From NCBI GenBank assembly GCA_963663035.1, contig OY760074.1, positions 1,952,001 to 2,016,000 of the forward strand: a stretch of 64,000 nucleotides of DNA. Direction: 5' to 3'. The DNA is from Acidobacteriota bacterium. GTDB lineage: Bacteria; Acidobacteriota; UBA6911; RPQK01; JADFOI01. A program made the position numbers and the translations under genes. Each line of letters opens with the position of its first letter. The stretch's first letter is position 1. Of the stretch, positions 53,401 to 61,821 are shown in pieces. Below the pieces are notes generated by a model. That model was not told where the DNA came from, made no database searches, and saw nothing but the letters and a program-made list of their open reading frames with translations.

Positions 53401-53693
53401 GGCTATGGGAGTACGCCTCCCGGCCTATAGCTATTCTGGCCGCCATCCTCATCATGGTTTTCGCCGTTTATCAACTGTTTATTGCTCCAGCTCGAGAACT
53501 TTCCACTCTGGTGGCGTTGGCCCAGGAATCGTTTGAAGCTGGCGAGTACCCGGCGGCCCAGCTGAGGATCACCGAAGGGCTGAATTTGGATCCGGAACAG
53601 CCAGATTTACTTCTTCTTGATGTCGAGGTGAAAAAAGCCCTGGCGGAAGCTGCTGTGCCAACGGTCCCCCCTGGAATCCTCTCTTTGAACTGA
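47406..53693 (+). CDS. Hanks-type Ser/Thr kinase with about 29 TPR-like 53-aa repeats and a C-terminal TM helix; 3' end cut by IS3
   Basis: GEGGMG.V, VAIK, HRDIKPGN, DFG, GT..WMSPE; repeats LL..A......Y..C......L.L.P.H; TM segment PIAILAAILIMVFAVYQLF; the stop TGA is the first 3 nt of the IS. Confidence 0.88.
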   Translation: MSEELFFDRYVLKKPPMGEGGMGAVYEAYDQKLGCRVAIKMMSSEVAANNEFRRRFYWEASSAAKFRDCANIVTIFDYDVAEGDQPFISMEFLEGQDLKAKLKESSPLELPLYECQAFSFKEKLEIIVQVCRGLARAHSGEVFHRDIKPGNIFITREGPVKILDFGVARIMDSTLTQENVTLGTLPWMSPEQIRGRPVDGRSDVWSTGVVLYEVLCHRRPFLGDQIALVRQISSEAYPPLTRYLPACAKELEELVGRALAKDPAQRFATANDMANSLEEFSRLLDSKEQELFSEVENLQELLRKWRSEAGELQVPAILEGSVFTREADPDQTTPLWKVDYGTLLERHNELFGWWQLFNDHPDRVTPVFELLSKSTEEFETADILSCLETLKQIKSLDSRIAHVEMLEVECGWILGQPRQRRKELIDAKVGRWREEQQKLEIYLKTRAMLEEAESYLEEKDYQAGLEAVEKLLTLSPKHPQGLKIRSSAERAIERLGEVEEVLSRAKAAFEAGDYQTCVEATDQGLRLDPEHDELKKLNQLAKDALERSRQVKDLFQQAEQALDAENYPLVLQLAGEVLSLEPDHEEALRIQNQAKGAQERRQRIEELMASARAAVQAQDPESCLKATTEALELDPKNGALLALQQQAQEILDLRGKVENLLTQAKQTLQAEDFKGALQLADEVLNVRAEDEEALSVQKEAREALERQERIAELLTFGLAALEAGEFQTSLRLAQQGLKLDLENSGLEELRSRSQEALDSIQKTKELLAQAHKLLEENNETGVLQVVQEVLALDSQNTLALQLKQEIAVRSENREREQKVLVLLAAAQEAHQAGNFESCLRSTRKALALAPDHPEVRELDRLAIEALERNRRVEALLKKAQRALQAKDYPSAAETAQQALDLQPQDQYALQICREAAEALERQERISELLQEAQAYFSSQDYESCLKASQEGLQLDPRHTELGKLRKKTQEILDEIGKIEQLLGEAREALKDDDYPVARKRARGILELESDHPEALKIDETATHAVRRLVELNQILASAQQSFEKKQYQNCLEEVQEGLRVEPQNEGLLRLQEQAQEALEKLQKIDALFEQAQELLEQKEDDPVLEKVREILSLDPENAQAVKLKQELAVRSENREREQKVLVLLAAAQEAHQAGNFESCLRSTRKALALAPDHPEVRELDRLAIESLERNRRVEALLKKAQRALKEKDYPSATETAQKVLDLQPQDQYALQICREAAEALERQKRISELLQEAQEYYGSQDYENCLKASQEGLQIDPRHAELRKLRKQAQEILEKSLKIEQLLAEAREALKDDDYSVAQKRARGILKLESDHPEALKIDETAAQGARRQQQLNKILASAQQSLKKGEFQNCLEGVQEGLKVEPQNEGLLRLQEQAQEALERLQKIDELFEQAQRLLKQKQDDPAMEKVREILSLDPENVQAIQLRKKAVARLEAREKEERVSDLLAQAEEAYQQGEFKTCLQATAEALVLAPAHPETKTLDQKAREAYEKEQQVEDLLARVHRFRTAENYRAALEATEQALALQPDLGELQEIRDSITKALSHQETVKKLRTKARDLYESGDYHGCLKACDEGLKLEPEERDLLRLNQLAAEAIKQEKRLEDLLEQSRQALDQGDFSRALGFSEQALTIDPNHGEALQMQKGAKQEAERRQKLDSFLFSARRLFEAKEYSKCVQAVESGLKLDRENSELSELLERAQQSLDKQLRIGELLSQARELFKGAKDREVVVTAKELLALDPKHSEGLQLLEKAQARIRARERRERVDQLLEKVRRSYQASEYQKCLEASKEALALEPDSPEVTEFQVKAQEKLEQSERQGRLLEAAGKKLEAKDFGGAIDQAQAVLLLNPGQPDALKIQQKAEEGLERQRRGDEYLTSAEAAFEAENYKACLEAAAQGLEVQPEQVRFKQLQRLAGRALQKREKTMSSLLDKARRQLKLENFRKALTLTQDILALDPDHREAIEIQETAKDGIERLGPDAEPGLWEYASRPIAILAAILIMVFAVYQLFIAPARELSTLVALAQESFEAGEYPAAQLRITEGLNLDPEQPDLLLLDVEVKKALAEAAVPTVPPGILSLN
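49808..51730 (+). repeat. 963-bp (321-aa) near-identical tandem duplication inside the kinase gene
   Basis: gctgaagcaggaa at 49808 and 50771; ctcgctggatccgga at 50738 and 51701. Confidence 0.9.
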
Positions 53694-54957
53694 CCTGCCC
53701 CCACGAACGAGTCCACCCTCTATGCTAGACCCGGGACCATTTGAAGTCCACTCCAAGGGATTGGATCCAGTGCCTGCGACCTAGGTAGTTTGGCCTCTGG
53801 CGCCGGCGGCCGATAGGCCAAGGCGCTGTGAGGCCGGATCTGATTGTAATCCCTCCGCCAGCGTTCTACCAACACCTTGGCTTCCCCCAGCGTGTCGAAG
53901 ATCTCCATGTTCAGCAGCTCATCCCGTAGTTTCCCGTTGAAACTCTCAATGTACCCATTCTCCCAGGGGCTGCCCGGCTCGATGTACAAGGTCCTTACCC
54001 CAACAGCCTGCAGCCAGTCCCGGACCGCCTGTGCCGTAAACTCCGATCCGTTATCGGACCGGATAAACTCAGGCACTCCCCGATCAACGAATAACTCCGC
54101 CAGCCGGTCCAACACGTCTTGGTGATTCATCTGCCGTTTCACATCAATGGCGAGGCACTCTCTGGTGTACTCATCCAGGATCGTCAATAGCCGAAAGGCT
54201 CGCCCATCATGGGTCCGTTCATGCACGAAATCATAGCTCCAGACGTGGTTCTTGCGAGCCGCTCGTAACCGAACACAGGAACCGTCATTAAGCCACAGCC
54301 TCCTTCGTTTCGGCTGTCTGGACGGGACTTTCAGCCCTTCTTGTCTCCACAGCCTCTCCACCCGCTTAGGATTCACCTTCCACCCTTCCCCATGAAGTAT
54401 CGCCGTGACCCGCCGGTAGCCATAACGCCCGTATTGCGTAGCCAACTCCACCATCCGGGCCACCAATCGGGCCTCATCATCGGGAATTTGCCTTTCCCTT
54501 CGCTGGGTCGATCGAACCTGTCCCAGCACTTGGCAGGCCCGACGTTCGGAGACTCGCTCTGCTCCTAATCGCTCTCGTACCCACATCACCGCTCGTCTCC
54601 TGTTCGCCGGGCCTAGAAGTTTCCCGAGGACACTTCCTTCAGGATCTGCTTGTCCAAAGACAGATCCGCCACCAGCTTCTTCAACCGGGTATTCTCCTTC
54701 TCCAACACCTTCAACCTCTTGGCCTGGTCCAACCGGAGCCCTCCGTACTCTTTGCGCCACCGGTAGTAGGTCTGCTCGCTCACCCCCATCTGCTTCGACA
54801 CCTGTCCCACCCTCTGTCCTTGGGCCAGACCCACCTCTGCCTCACGCAGCTTCATGATGATCTGTTCTGCCCTAAACCGCTTCCCTGCCATCCTTGCCTC
54901 CTTCCTAAACCGGAAATCCTAACATTCAAACTGGACTCGTTTTAGGGGGCAAGGTCA
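53691..54957 (-). mobile_element. IS3-family element copy 1 (1267 bp), no target duplication
   Basis: TGACCTGCCCCC...GGGGGCAAGGTCA ends; orfA 54613-54891 (HTH) and orfB to 53720 ([24 protein letters not shown]); GGGAAAC slippery site at the orfA end. Confidence 0.95.
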
Positions 54958-54958
54958 G

Positions 54959-56203
54959 AGGGAAATTTTCTTTAACGAAACCTTCGACGGCAACGGCAGG
55001 ACATGTGGCACCTGTCATCGAGCGGAGAGCAACTTTACTATCGACCCCGCTTTTATCGCCACCCTGCCGGATGACGATCCGCTCTTTGTCGCCGAATTCA
55101 ATCCTGACCTGAAACAGAACTTCGAAAACCCAAGACTGATGCGAGACTTCGGGTTAATTCTGGAAAACCAAGACGGGTTTGATGACCTGGAAAACAATTT
55201 CAACATGCGTGGTGTTCCTCATACCCTCGGTCTTCGAAACTCGGTCGACAGCCGTCAAGGTCCTCGCACTGGCTGGTCCGGTGATGGATCGCCAGGAGAC
55301 GGATCGGTTCGCTCTTTCGCCGTTGGAGCCGTCGTTCAGCACTTCACCAAAACACTAAACCGCGTTTCGGGCGTTGATTTTCGACTTCCTACCGATGAGG
55401 AGTTGGATGCGCTGGAGGCATTCCAGTTCTCTCTCGGCCAGCAGGAAGATCTAACCTTGCCGCTGCCGCTTAAAGGCACGGTTGCGTCACGAGGCCAGGA
55501 GATCTTTAATGATCCCACCCTGGGCAAGTGTTCCGCTTGCCATTTAAACGCCGGTGCCAACGGGGACCCCAATATTTTTGGTGCTGATGCAGGCAATTTG
55601 AACTTCAACACAGGTGTTGAAGATCTCCCCGATCAACCTGCTGACCTCACCGGGGAATTGGTGCCACCAGACGACGGCTTTGGTACGCCCGGCAGCGGTG
55701 AGTTCAACACCCCGTCTCTCGTTGAGGCTGCAGATACCGGCCCGTTTTTCCACAATAACTCGCTTGAAACGATTGAGGGGGCAGTCGCCTTTTATAACGG
55801 TGACGCCTTCAACAACTCGCCGGCAGGCCAGCTTCTGGCTGGCGCTACGGGCAGCGGCATCAATCTGGATGCGACCCAGGTCGAGGCGGTGGCTGCATTT
55901 CTCAGGGTCATCAATGCCTTGGAGAATATTCGGCAAAGCATTGAGTTCTTAGAGTCTTTCGTACATAGGGAGTTCTTGGGGAACGAGGTCTTCGGTCAGT
56001 TGCTTGAGCGTGCTATCCAAGAGACAAATGACAGCATAAAAGTACTCACTGCCGGCGGCCTCCACCCAATAGCAGTAGCTCACCTAAGAGAGGCACGCAG
56101 GCTCACTAGGGAGGCAATCGAGAAACGTTCATCGAGTGGCGAGCTTGCTCAAGAAGCTATTCTTGAGCAGGAGCGCGCGCGGGACCAACTCGTTGAACCG
56201 TAA
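54959..56203 (+). pseudogene. Di-heme cytochrome c peroxidase/MauG-like protein, 5'-truncated by IS3
   Basis: Frame open from the IS edge: REIFFNETFDGNGRTCGTCH, then CSACH and FNTPSL..A.TGPFFHN; no start codon or signal peptide before the first heme motif. Confidence 0.75.
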
Positions 56204-56260
56204 CGACCCATGGCGTTTTGTATTCTATTAGTTGTAGTATGAAAGAGGAGATATATAGCC

Positions 56261-56638
56261 ATGCTAAAGTCTTTCATGACAATAGGCGTGTTAGTTACAT
56301 TGTTTGTGGGCCTGCCTGATGCCCAAGCACAAAGGGCTAGTGAGATATTTATCCCCATCGGGCAATCTCCAGGTTTGTCTGGTAAATACACCGAGATAGG
56401 GAAAATCGATGCTGCCAACGCTCAGGACCAGACCATTACGATGACTAACTCATCGGGAAGCTCTACTGTAGAGATCACGGAGAGCACAAATATCTGGTTG
56501 GACAGGAGTAAGCTTCAATTAACCAATCAGAAGGGGGCTTTCGCCAATCTCCAAACGGGCCAGACGATTGAAGTCAAGTACAAAGACAACGATCCAGGGA
56601 GTCCAGTGGAATGGATCAAAGTGCAAGTCACTGAGTAG
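56261..56638 (+). CDS. Small secreted beta-rich hypothetical protein
   Basis: SD GAGGAG, signal peptide ending AQA, G.I...I.....L..G..IEV.Y pattern. Confidence 0.7.
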   Translation: MLKSFMTIGVLVTLFVGLPDAQAQRASEIFIPIGQSPGLSGKYTEIGKIDAANAQDQTITMTNSSGSSTVEITESTNIWLDRSKLQLTNQKGAFANLQTGQTIEVKYKDNDPGSPVEWIKVQVTE

Positions 56639-56709
56639 TCTAGCCAGTGATCGCCTGCCTTTCGCGAAGAATGGCTCCTAGATTGACCGAGCTTCCCACG
56701 AATTTGGGC

Positions 56710-58143
56710 TGTGCCTAGTAAAAAGTCCGTCCGCCTGTCCCCCCCCGAAAAATATCGTCCGCCTTGTACAGCAACGACTTATGGAGTTCTTGAGTCTGAG
56801 CTCGAGGCCTCGTATTCTGGGGCCATGAGAGAGATTCGTTGCCTGTTCCAGATCATCCTCGAGACGATTTCTGACCTCAAGCAAGCTGCCGGATACATCC
56901 ATACTTTTCTATCGGCTCTCTTCAGCTCAAGGGCAACTTTGGCGGCACGAGTCTTGGCGGCAGAAAGTCAGTTGGCCGCGTGCAAGCGTCGGATCGAGGG
57001 GAAGGATCTACCGAGGCCCAGATTCACCCAGGCTTTCAGACTGCTTTGGGTGTTGCTGTCCAAGGCCTGGGATGAATGGCATCAAGTGTTACATCTGATG
57101 CAGCCCGCCACGGTCAAGCGCTGGCACACCACAGCCTTCCGTCTCTACTGGCGTAGGAAGTCGAGGGGACAGCCTGGCTGGCCTCCAGTGCCAAAGGAGA
57201 TGCGGGATCTGATTCGCCGGCTGAGCCGAGAGAATCCTGTATGGAGTGCCGAACGAATCCAGGACACCTTGCGGCTTCTCGGCTGCGATCCTCCTTGTGA
57301 CGACACCATCCGCAAGTACATGGGCCAGTCGAAGAATCAGCCTGACAAACCAACGAACTGGCTGCCTTTCCTGCGCAACCATCTGGATGTCTCCTGGGCG
57401 ATGGACTTCTTTACCGTGATCACGGTTGGCTTCTGATTTCTCTACGTTTTTGTCGTCTTTGAACATGGTCGAAGGAGGGTGATGCATTTCTCGACGACGT
57501 TTCATCCCTCCATGGCATGGGTTATTCAACAGCTTCGAGAAGCTACGCCCTTCGGTCGTCAGCCCAGATATTTGTTCCGTGACAATGACGGCATCTACGG
57601 CCACGGAGTGCGGAAGTTCCTGGGCAGCTGTAACATTGAAGAGATGCGAACGGCGTACAGGAGTCCTTGGCAGTATCCTTATATAGAAAGGTTTGTCGGC
57701 ACGCTCCGCAGGGAACTGCTCGATCATGTCATCGTGCTCAGTGAAAGGCACCTGAACCGTTTACTCAGGGAATACATTGAGCAGTACTACCATTCCGCCC
57801 GGCCACATCAGGGACTGGACGGTGGCACACCCGTTCCCACTAAGAAGCCGAGTGTAGCTGCTGGGCCACTCAAGCTGATCTCGATTCCGATCTGCGGTGG
57901 GCTTCACCATCGCTACGAACGGGTGGCAGCGTAAGACTCAGGTCACAACCGACTCATTCCCTCAACATCTGTCCGACACAGGCAAGGTCTGCCTGGGGGG
58001 CTTCTTCAGCCGCAAAGCAAACGCCTGTCCACTGATTCTCATCGTGGTTCGTAGTGCTCGTCGAGGAAGATCATTCAAATTTGCAACCTGAGCCTGCGCC
58101 TTGTGCTTCCTAACCGGTTGGAATGGAGTTTTTCGGAGGGACA
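56710..58143 (+). pseudogene. Integrase-core (rve) transposase element with nonsense TGA at 57434-57436
   Basis: P.TV.RWH, NP.W...RI, W..FL.NH, DFFTV...F*FLY.FVV..H.RR, RDND..YG, SPWQ..ER..GTLRRE.LDH, GGLHH.Y; IR-like ends TGTCCCCCCCCGAAAAA / TTTTTCGGAGGGACA; boundaries approximate. Confidence 0.75.
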
Positions 58144-58242
58144 GCCTAAGATCTGCAGCACCAGCTTCGCAGCGCCGCGCGACACCGTCCAATAGTGAAC
58201 TGATCCATAAGATCTGCACTCCAGAGACTATCTTTGTCGTCT

Positions 58243-59181
58243 TCACAATGCAGTTCTCGGCTTGTCGTGGCATAGCTGAACCAAGTCTGCGATCCTTGCT
58301 GTGCCGACACACATGACGGTGTCTGCAGCGCCCCAATAGATCTTGAGAGTACCGTCGTCCTCGGCAACGGCCCCACAGCTAAAAACAACGTTATGCACGT
58401 AGCCTGTTAACTCCCAGGAATCTTCTGGGGACACTATCCAATCGTCGGCAACACCGAGCACTTTGGCGGGGTCGGCAAGATCATGCAGCGCCACACCCAG
58501 GCGATACACGGCACCATCCATGGTCGGAAACACGCCGTGGTAAATGCTAAGCCATCCGTCGGGCGTCTTGATAGGCGTCGCGCCCGGACCTATCTTCATT
58601 TCGTCCCAATGACACGGGACAGGCCGGATCACCGGCACCGAATCACCCCAGTGAACCAGATCCGGAGACCAGGACAGCCAGATGCACCAGGGGTTAATTT
58701 CCGAGTGGGGCCGATCCAGCCTCGCGTAACGGCCGTTGAACGTGTCCGGGAAAATCACGACATTACGCATGTCTGCCTGACTAATAAGCGACACTCTCTC
58801 GACTGTCCTAAAATCGCGCGTTTTTGCCAGACCGATGCGCACGCCAAACCTGGAATAAGCGCTGTAAGTAATATAATGCTCACCGGCAATGGAACAAATT
58901 CGCGGGTCCTCGACACCGTACTCCTCGTGCACTGCAAATTTATTTTCGCTGGAGGGCACCATGAATGGCTTGGGATCTGCCTGGAATTTGTAACCGTCAT
59001 CACTCCGTGCGATACCGATAATCGATCGTCCGTTACGTAAGTGCGAACGGAACAGCAGGATGTATTGGCCGTCAAACCTGGTTGCCCCCGCATTGTGAAC
59101 CGTCTCTACGGCGTAGGGGATGTCGTGCTTGGTGAGGATTGGATTGCCCTGATACCGCGTCACCAAAGGTTTATTGATCAT
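58243..59181 (-). CDS. GH130 beta-mannoside phosphorylase
   Basis: NPIL, HNAGA, GVEDPR, YITY, RNVV.FP, RP, KIG.G..P, YHG, Y..G, G.V.NVVF.CG. Confidence 0.88.
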   Translation of the reverse strand: MINKPLVTRYQGNPILTKHDIPYAVETVHNAGATRFDGQYILLFRSHLRNGRSIIGIARSDDGYKFQADPKPFMVPSSENKFAVHEEYGVEDPRICSIAGEHYITYSAYSRFGVRIGLAKTRDFRTVERVSLISQADMRNVVIFPDTFNGRYARLDRPHSEINPWCIWLSWSPDLVHWGDSVPVIRPVPCHWDEMKIGPGATPIKTPDGWLSIYHGVFPTMDGAVYRLGVALHDLADPAKVLGVADDWIVSPEDSWELTGYVHNVVFSCGAVAEDDGTLKIYWGAADTVMCVGTARIADLVQLCHDKPRTAL

Positions 59182-60199
59182 CGCGTGCTTCCCCGTTCAA
59201 AATCTTCTGGTAAACGCGAACATAGTCGCGTGCCATACGTGTGCTCGTAAAGCGCTTTTCAACATCGGCGCGGCAGATGGATCTGTCAATTGTTCTAACG
59301 CCAGCTACCGCATTTATCGCGCCTTCAATGTCCTCAACAATATAACCGGTTTCGCCGTCACGGATGATTTCTGGCATTGAACCACGGTCAAACGCAATGA
59401 CGGGCGTACCGCACGCCATAGATTCAATCAGGCTCAATCCAAAAGGTTCGTCGAAACTGATTAGATGCAACAGTGCCAGCGCGTGGCCTAACACCTCCGC
59501 CCTTTGGTCGGGTCCCACAGAACCCAGATAATCCACAGTCGTGCCGTCAATATGAGGCTTCACTTTGGTTGCGAAGTAGTCCTGATCCTGAATGATGCCG
59601 GCGATCACCAGCTTTATTCCGACGCGCTGTGCCACTTGAATTGCTTCGTGCACGCCCTTCTCTGGATGGATGCGACCAAAGAACAGGAGATACTCGCCCT
59701 CGGCGCCCGAAAATGGGAATCGTGCAACATCAATACCGTGATGGATGGTGGCTATGTAATCGAGTTCCGGCGACCTATCTGACTCACTGATCGCTACGTA
59801 GTGGCTCTGAGCATTATATTTTCTGTAGACTGGTATGATTGCCGGCGATGAGAAACCGTGGATCGTCGTCAGCACCGGTGTCTCAACGAGCGCAGAGTAC
59901 GTGAGCGGTAGAAAGTCAAAATGATTATGAATGAGATCATAATCGGCGGAACGTTCGAAGACCTCGGCAATATGCAGGCACTCTGCGACTTTCGGGTTAA
60001 CGGAAGGATCCTCGGAATAAGGACGTGGGCACACAGCGACCAGTTTGCCGCTGGTTTGCGAATCCCTGGTGGCGAAAAGAGTCACGTCCAGGCCCAGTCG
60101 CACCAACTCTTCCGTGAGAAGGCTCACGACGGATTCCCATGGCCCGTAATGCCGAGGAGGCGTCCGCCACGAGACGGGGCTAAGGACTGCGATACGCAT
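59171..60199 (-). CDS. GT4 glycosyltransferase
   Basis: PP..YG.WE..VS.L.E.L, GRI.PEKG, EPFGL..IE.MACGTPV. Confidence 0.9.
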   Translation of the reverse strand: MRIAVLSPVSWRTPPRHYGPWESVVSLLTEELVRLGLDVTLFATRDSQTSGKLVAVCPRPYSEDPSVNPKVAECLHIAEVFERSADYDLIHNHFDFLPLTYSALVETPVLTTIHGFSSPAIIPVYRKYNAQSHYVAISESDRSPELDYIATIHHGIDVARFPFSGAEGEYLLFFGRIHPEKGVHEAIQVAQRVGIKLVIAGIIQDQDYFATKVKPHIDGTTVDYLGSVGPDQRAEVLGHALALLHLISFDEPFGLSLIESMACGTPVIAFDRGSMPEIIRDGETGYIVEDIEGAINAVAGVRTIDRSICRADVEKRFTSTRMARDYVRVYQKILNGEARDDQ

Positions 60200-60345
60200 A
60201 AACATGCTCGAAGTTGGTGATTCTCGAAAGTGTGAATTCTAATGCAAGCTTCCGACGGCTTACACGGCTATAATCCGCACGGTCTGAACCTGGGCCACTT
60301 ACCCATGTTCATTGTCAGTCAGATTCAATTAGTGCGCAAGCATCA

Positions 60346-61821
60346 ATGAGACGTACAGAACGACGCAAGCAACTGGTCAAACGGCGGTCAACCCTGCTGA
60401 ATGCTGAGAGCGCACGCGTTATTACCCGGCCGTATATTCCAGGAGACAAGGCGCGCATAAAAGTCCTGATCGATCGGGTCTCCAAGCTGAGCGACGACGA
60501 GGGGCATCACTTGCTGGAGGCCGTATTCCAGGACTTCTCAGGTCGTCACCGGAACTTTCGAGGGGCCCTTCAGAGGAACTTTAGTCGTATTGCAGAACAC
60601 GTCCCGAAACGTATCTCTTTGTCATCCGAGCAACAACTTCTCCTTGGTGCCTACTTTACCTCAGAGTATTCAGTCGAGGCAGCCGCGCTCTTCAATCCAT
60701 CTATCGTTCCCCATCCTCACCAGAAAGGCGTTGACAAAGGATCGCAGCGATTCGTCATGAGCTTCAGGGCGACCGGTGAAGGTCATGTGTCCTCGATTGA
60801 ATTTCGTAGCGGAATCGTTGACAAGAATCACGATATCTACTTCGATCCTCTTAGCCAATACGTGGCCACGCCTGAGATGCGCACAGATCCTGTTTATTAT
60901 CGTCTTCATTTTCGACAAAAACTCGAAGAGATGGGAGCACGCGAGCAGATCACGAATCACCTATTGGAAGGACTAGATGAGACGTTTACGTTTGTTGAGC
61001 TGGAAACACAGATCAAGAATCTCCGTTCGACCAAGTTTCGACTGAGGGACAAACAGCACGCAATTGATGCGGCATTGTGGCTGGCTCGGTCCAACTATGA
61101 AGTGAGATTCCGCCCTGATGAACAGATTTCTGAAAGGGTGATCTTCCCGGTGTCTCCAAACGAGAGCGCAGGCATCGAGGATGCTAGGTTTGTGCGTTTC
61201 GAGGATGATGATGGATCAGTCATCTACTATGCCACTTACACCGCCTACAATGGGTTTGCCATACTGCCGCAAATTCTCGAGACTGCCGACTTCGTGACGT
61301 TCAAGATGCATACAATCAGCGGCAAAGCTGCGCTGAACAAGGGTATGGCGTTATTTCCGAGAAAGATCAACGGCAAGTTCGTGATGTTGTCACGCCAGGA
61401 TGGCGTCAATAACTACATCATGTTCTCGGACAGCGTTCGTTTCTGGAACGAGGCGAAACTCCTGAAGGAGCCTGTGCATCCGCTGGAGTTTGTTCAGGTT
61501 GGCAATTGTGGCTCGCCCATGGAGACGTCTGAGGGATGGCTCGCACTTTCCCACGGCGTTGGACCGATGCGCAGATACAGCATCTGGGCCGAGCTTTTGG
61601 ACCTTGACGATCCGTCGCGGGTTATCGGTCGGCTAGATGAGCCGATACTGACACCTGATGAGCATGAGCGGGACGGCTACGTGCCCAATGTGGTCTATTC
61701 TTGCGGAAGCATGATTCATGGGGACGCGTTGGTCGTCCCTTATGGCATTGCTGATCAAAGATGCAGAGTTGCTACCGTCTCTATACCGGAGCTGTTATCA
61801 CGGCTCATGAGGTGCCTTTAA
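60346..61821 (+). CDS. GH130-family protein with N-terminal extension
   Basis: EYS.E.AALFNPSIV, RA.GEGH.SS, GIEDARF, NKG.ALFP, GNCGSP, GYVPNVVYSCG. Confidence 0.88.
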   Translation: MRRTERRKQLVKRRSTLLNAESARVITRPYIPGDKARIKVLIDRVSKLSDDEGHHLLEAVFQDFSGRHRNFRGALQRNFSRIAEHVPKRISLSSEQQLLLGAYFTSEYSVEAAALFNPSIVPHPHQKGVDKGSQRFVMSFRATGEGHVSSIEFRSGIVDKNHDIYFDPLSQYVATPEMRTDPVYYRLHFRQKLEEMGAREQITNHLLEGLDETFTFVELETQIKNLRSTKFRLRDKQHAIDAALWLARSNYEVRFRPDEQISERVIFPVSPNESAGIEDARFVRFEDDDGSVIYYATYTAYNGFAILPQILETADFVTFKMHTISGKAALNKGMALFPRKINGKFVMLSRQDGVNNYIMFSDSVRFWNEAKLLKEPVHPLEFVQVGNCGSPMETSEGWLALSHGVGPMRRYSIWAELLDLDDPSRVIGRLDEPILTPDEHERDGYVPNVVYSCGSMIHGDALVVPYGIADQRCRVATVSIPELLSRLMRCL

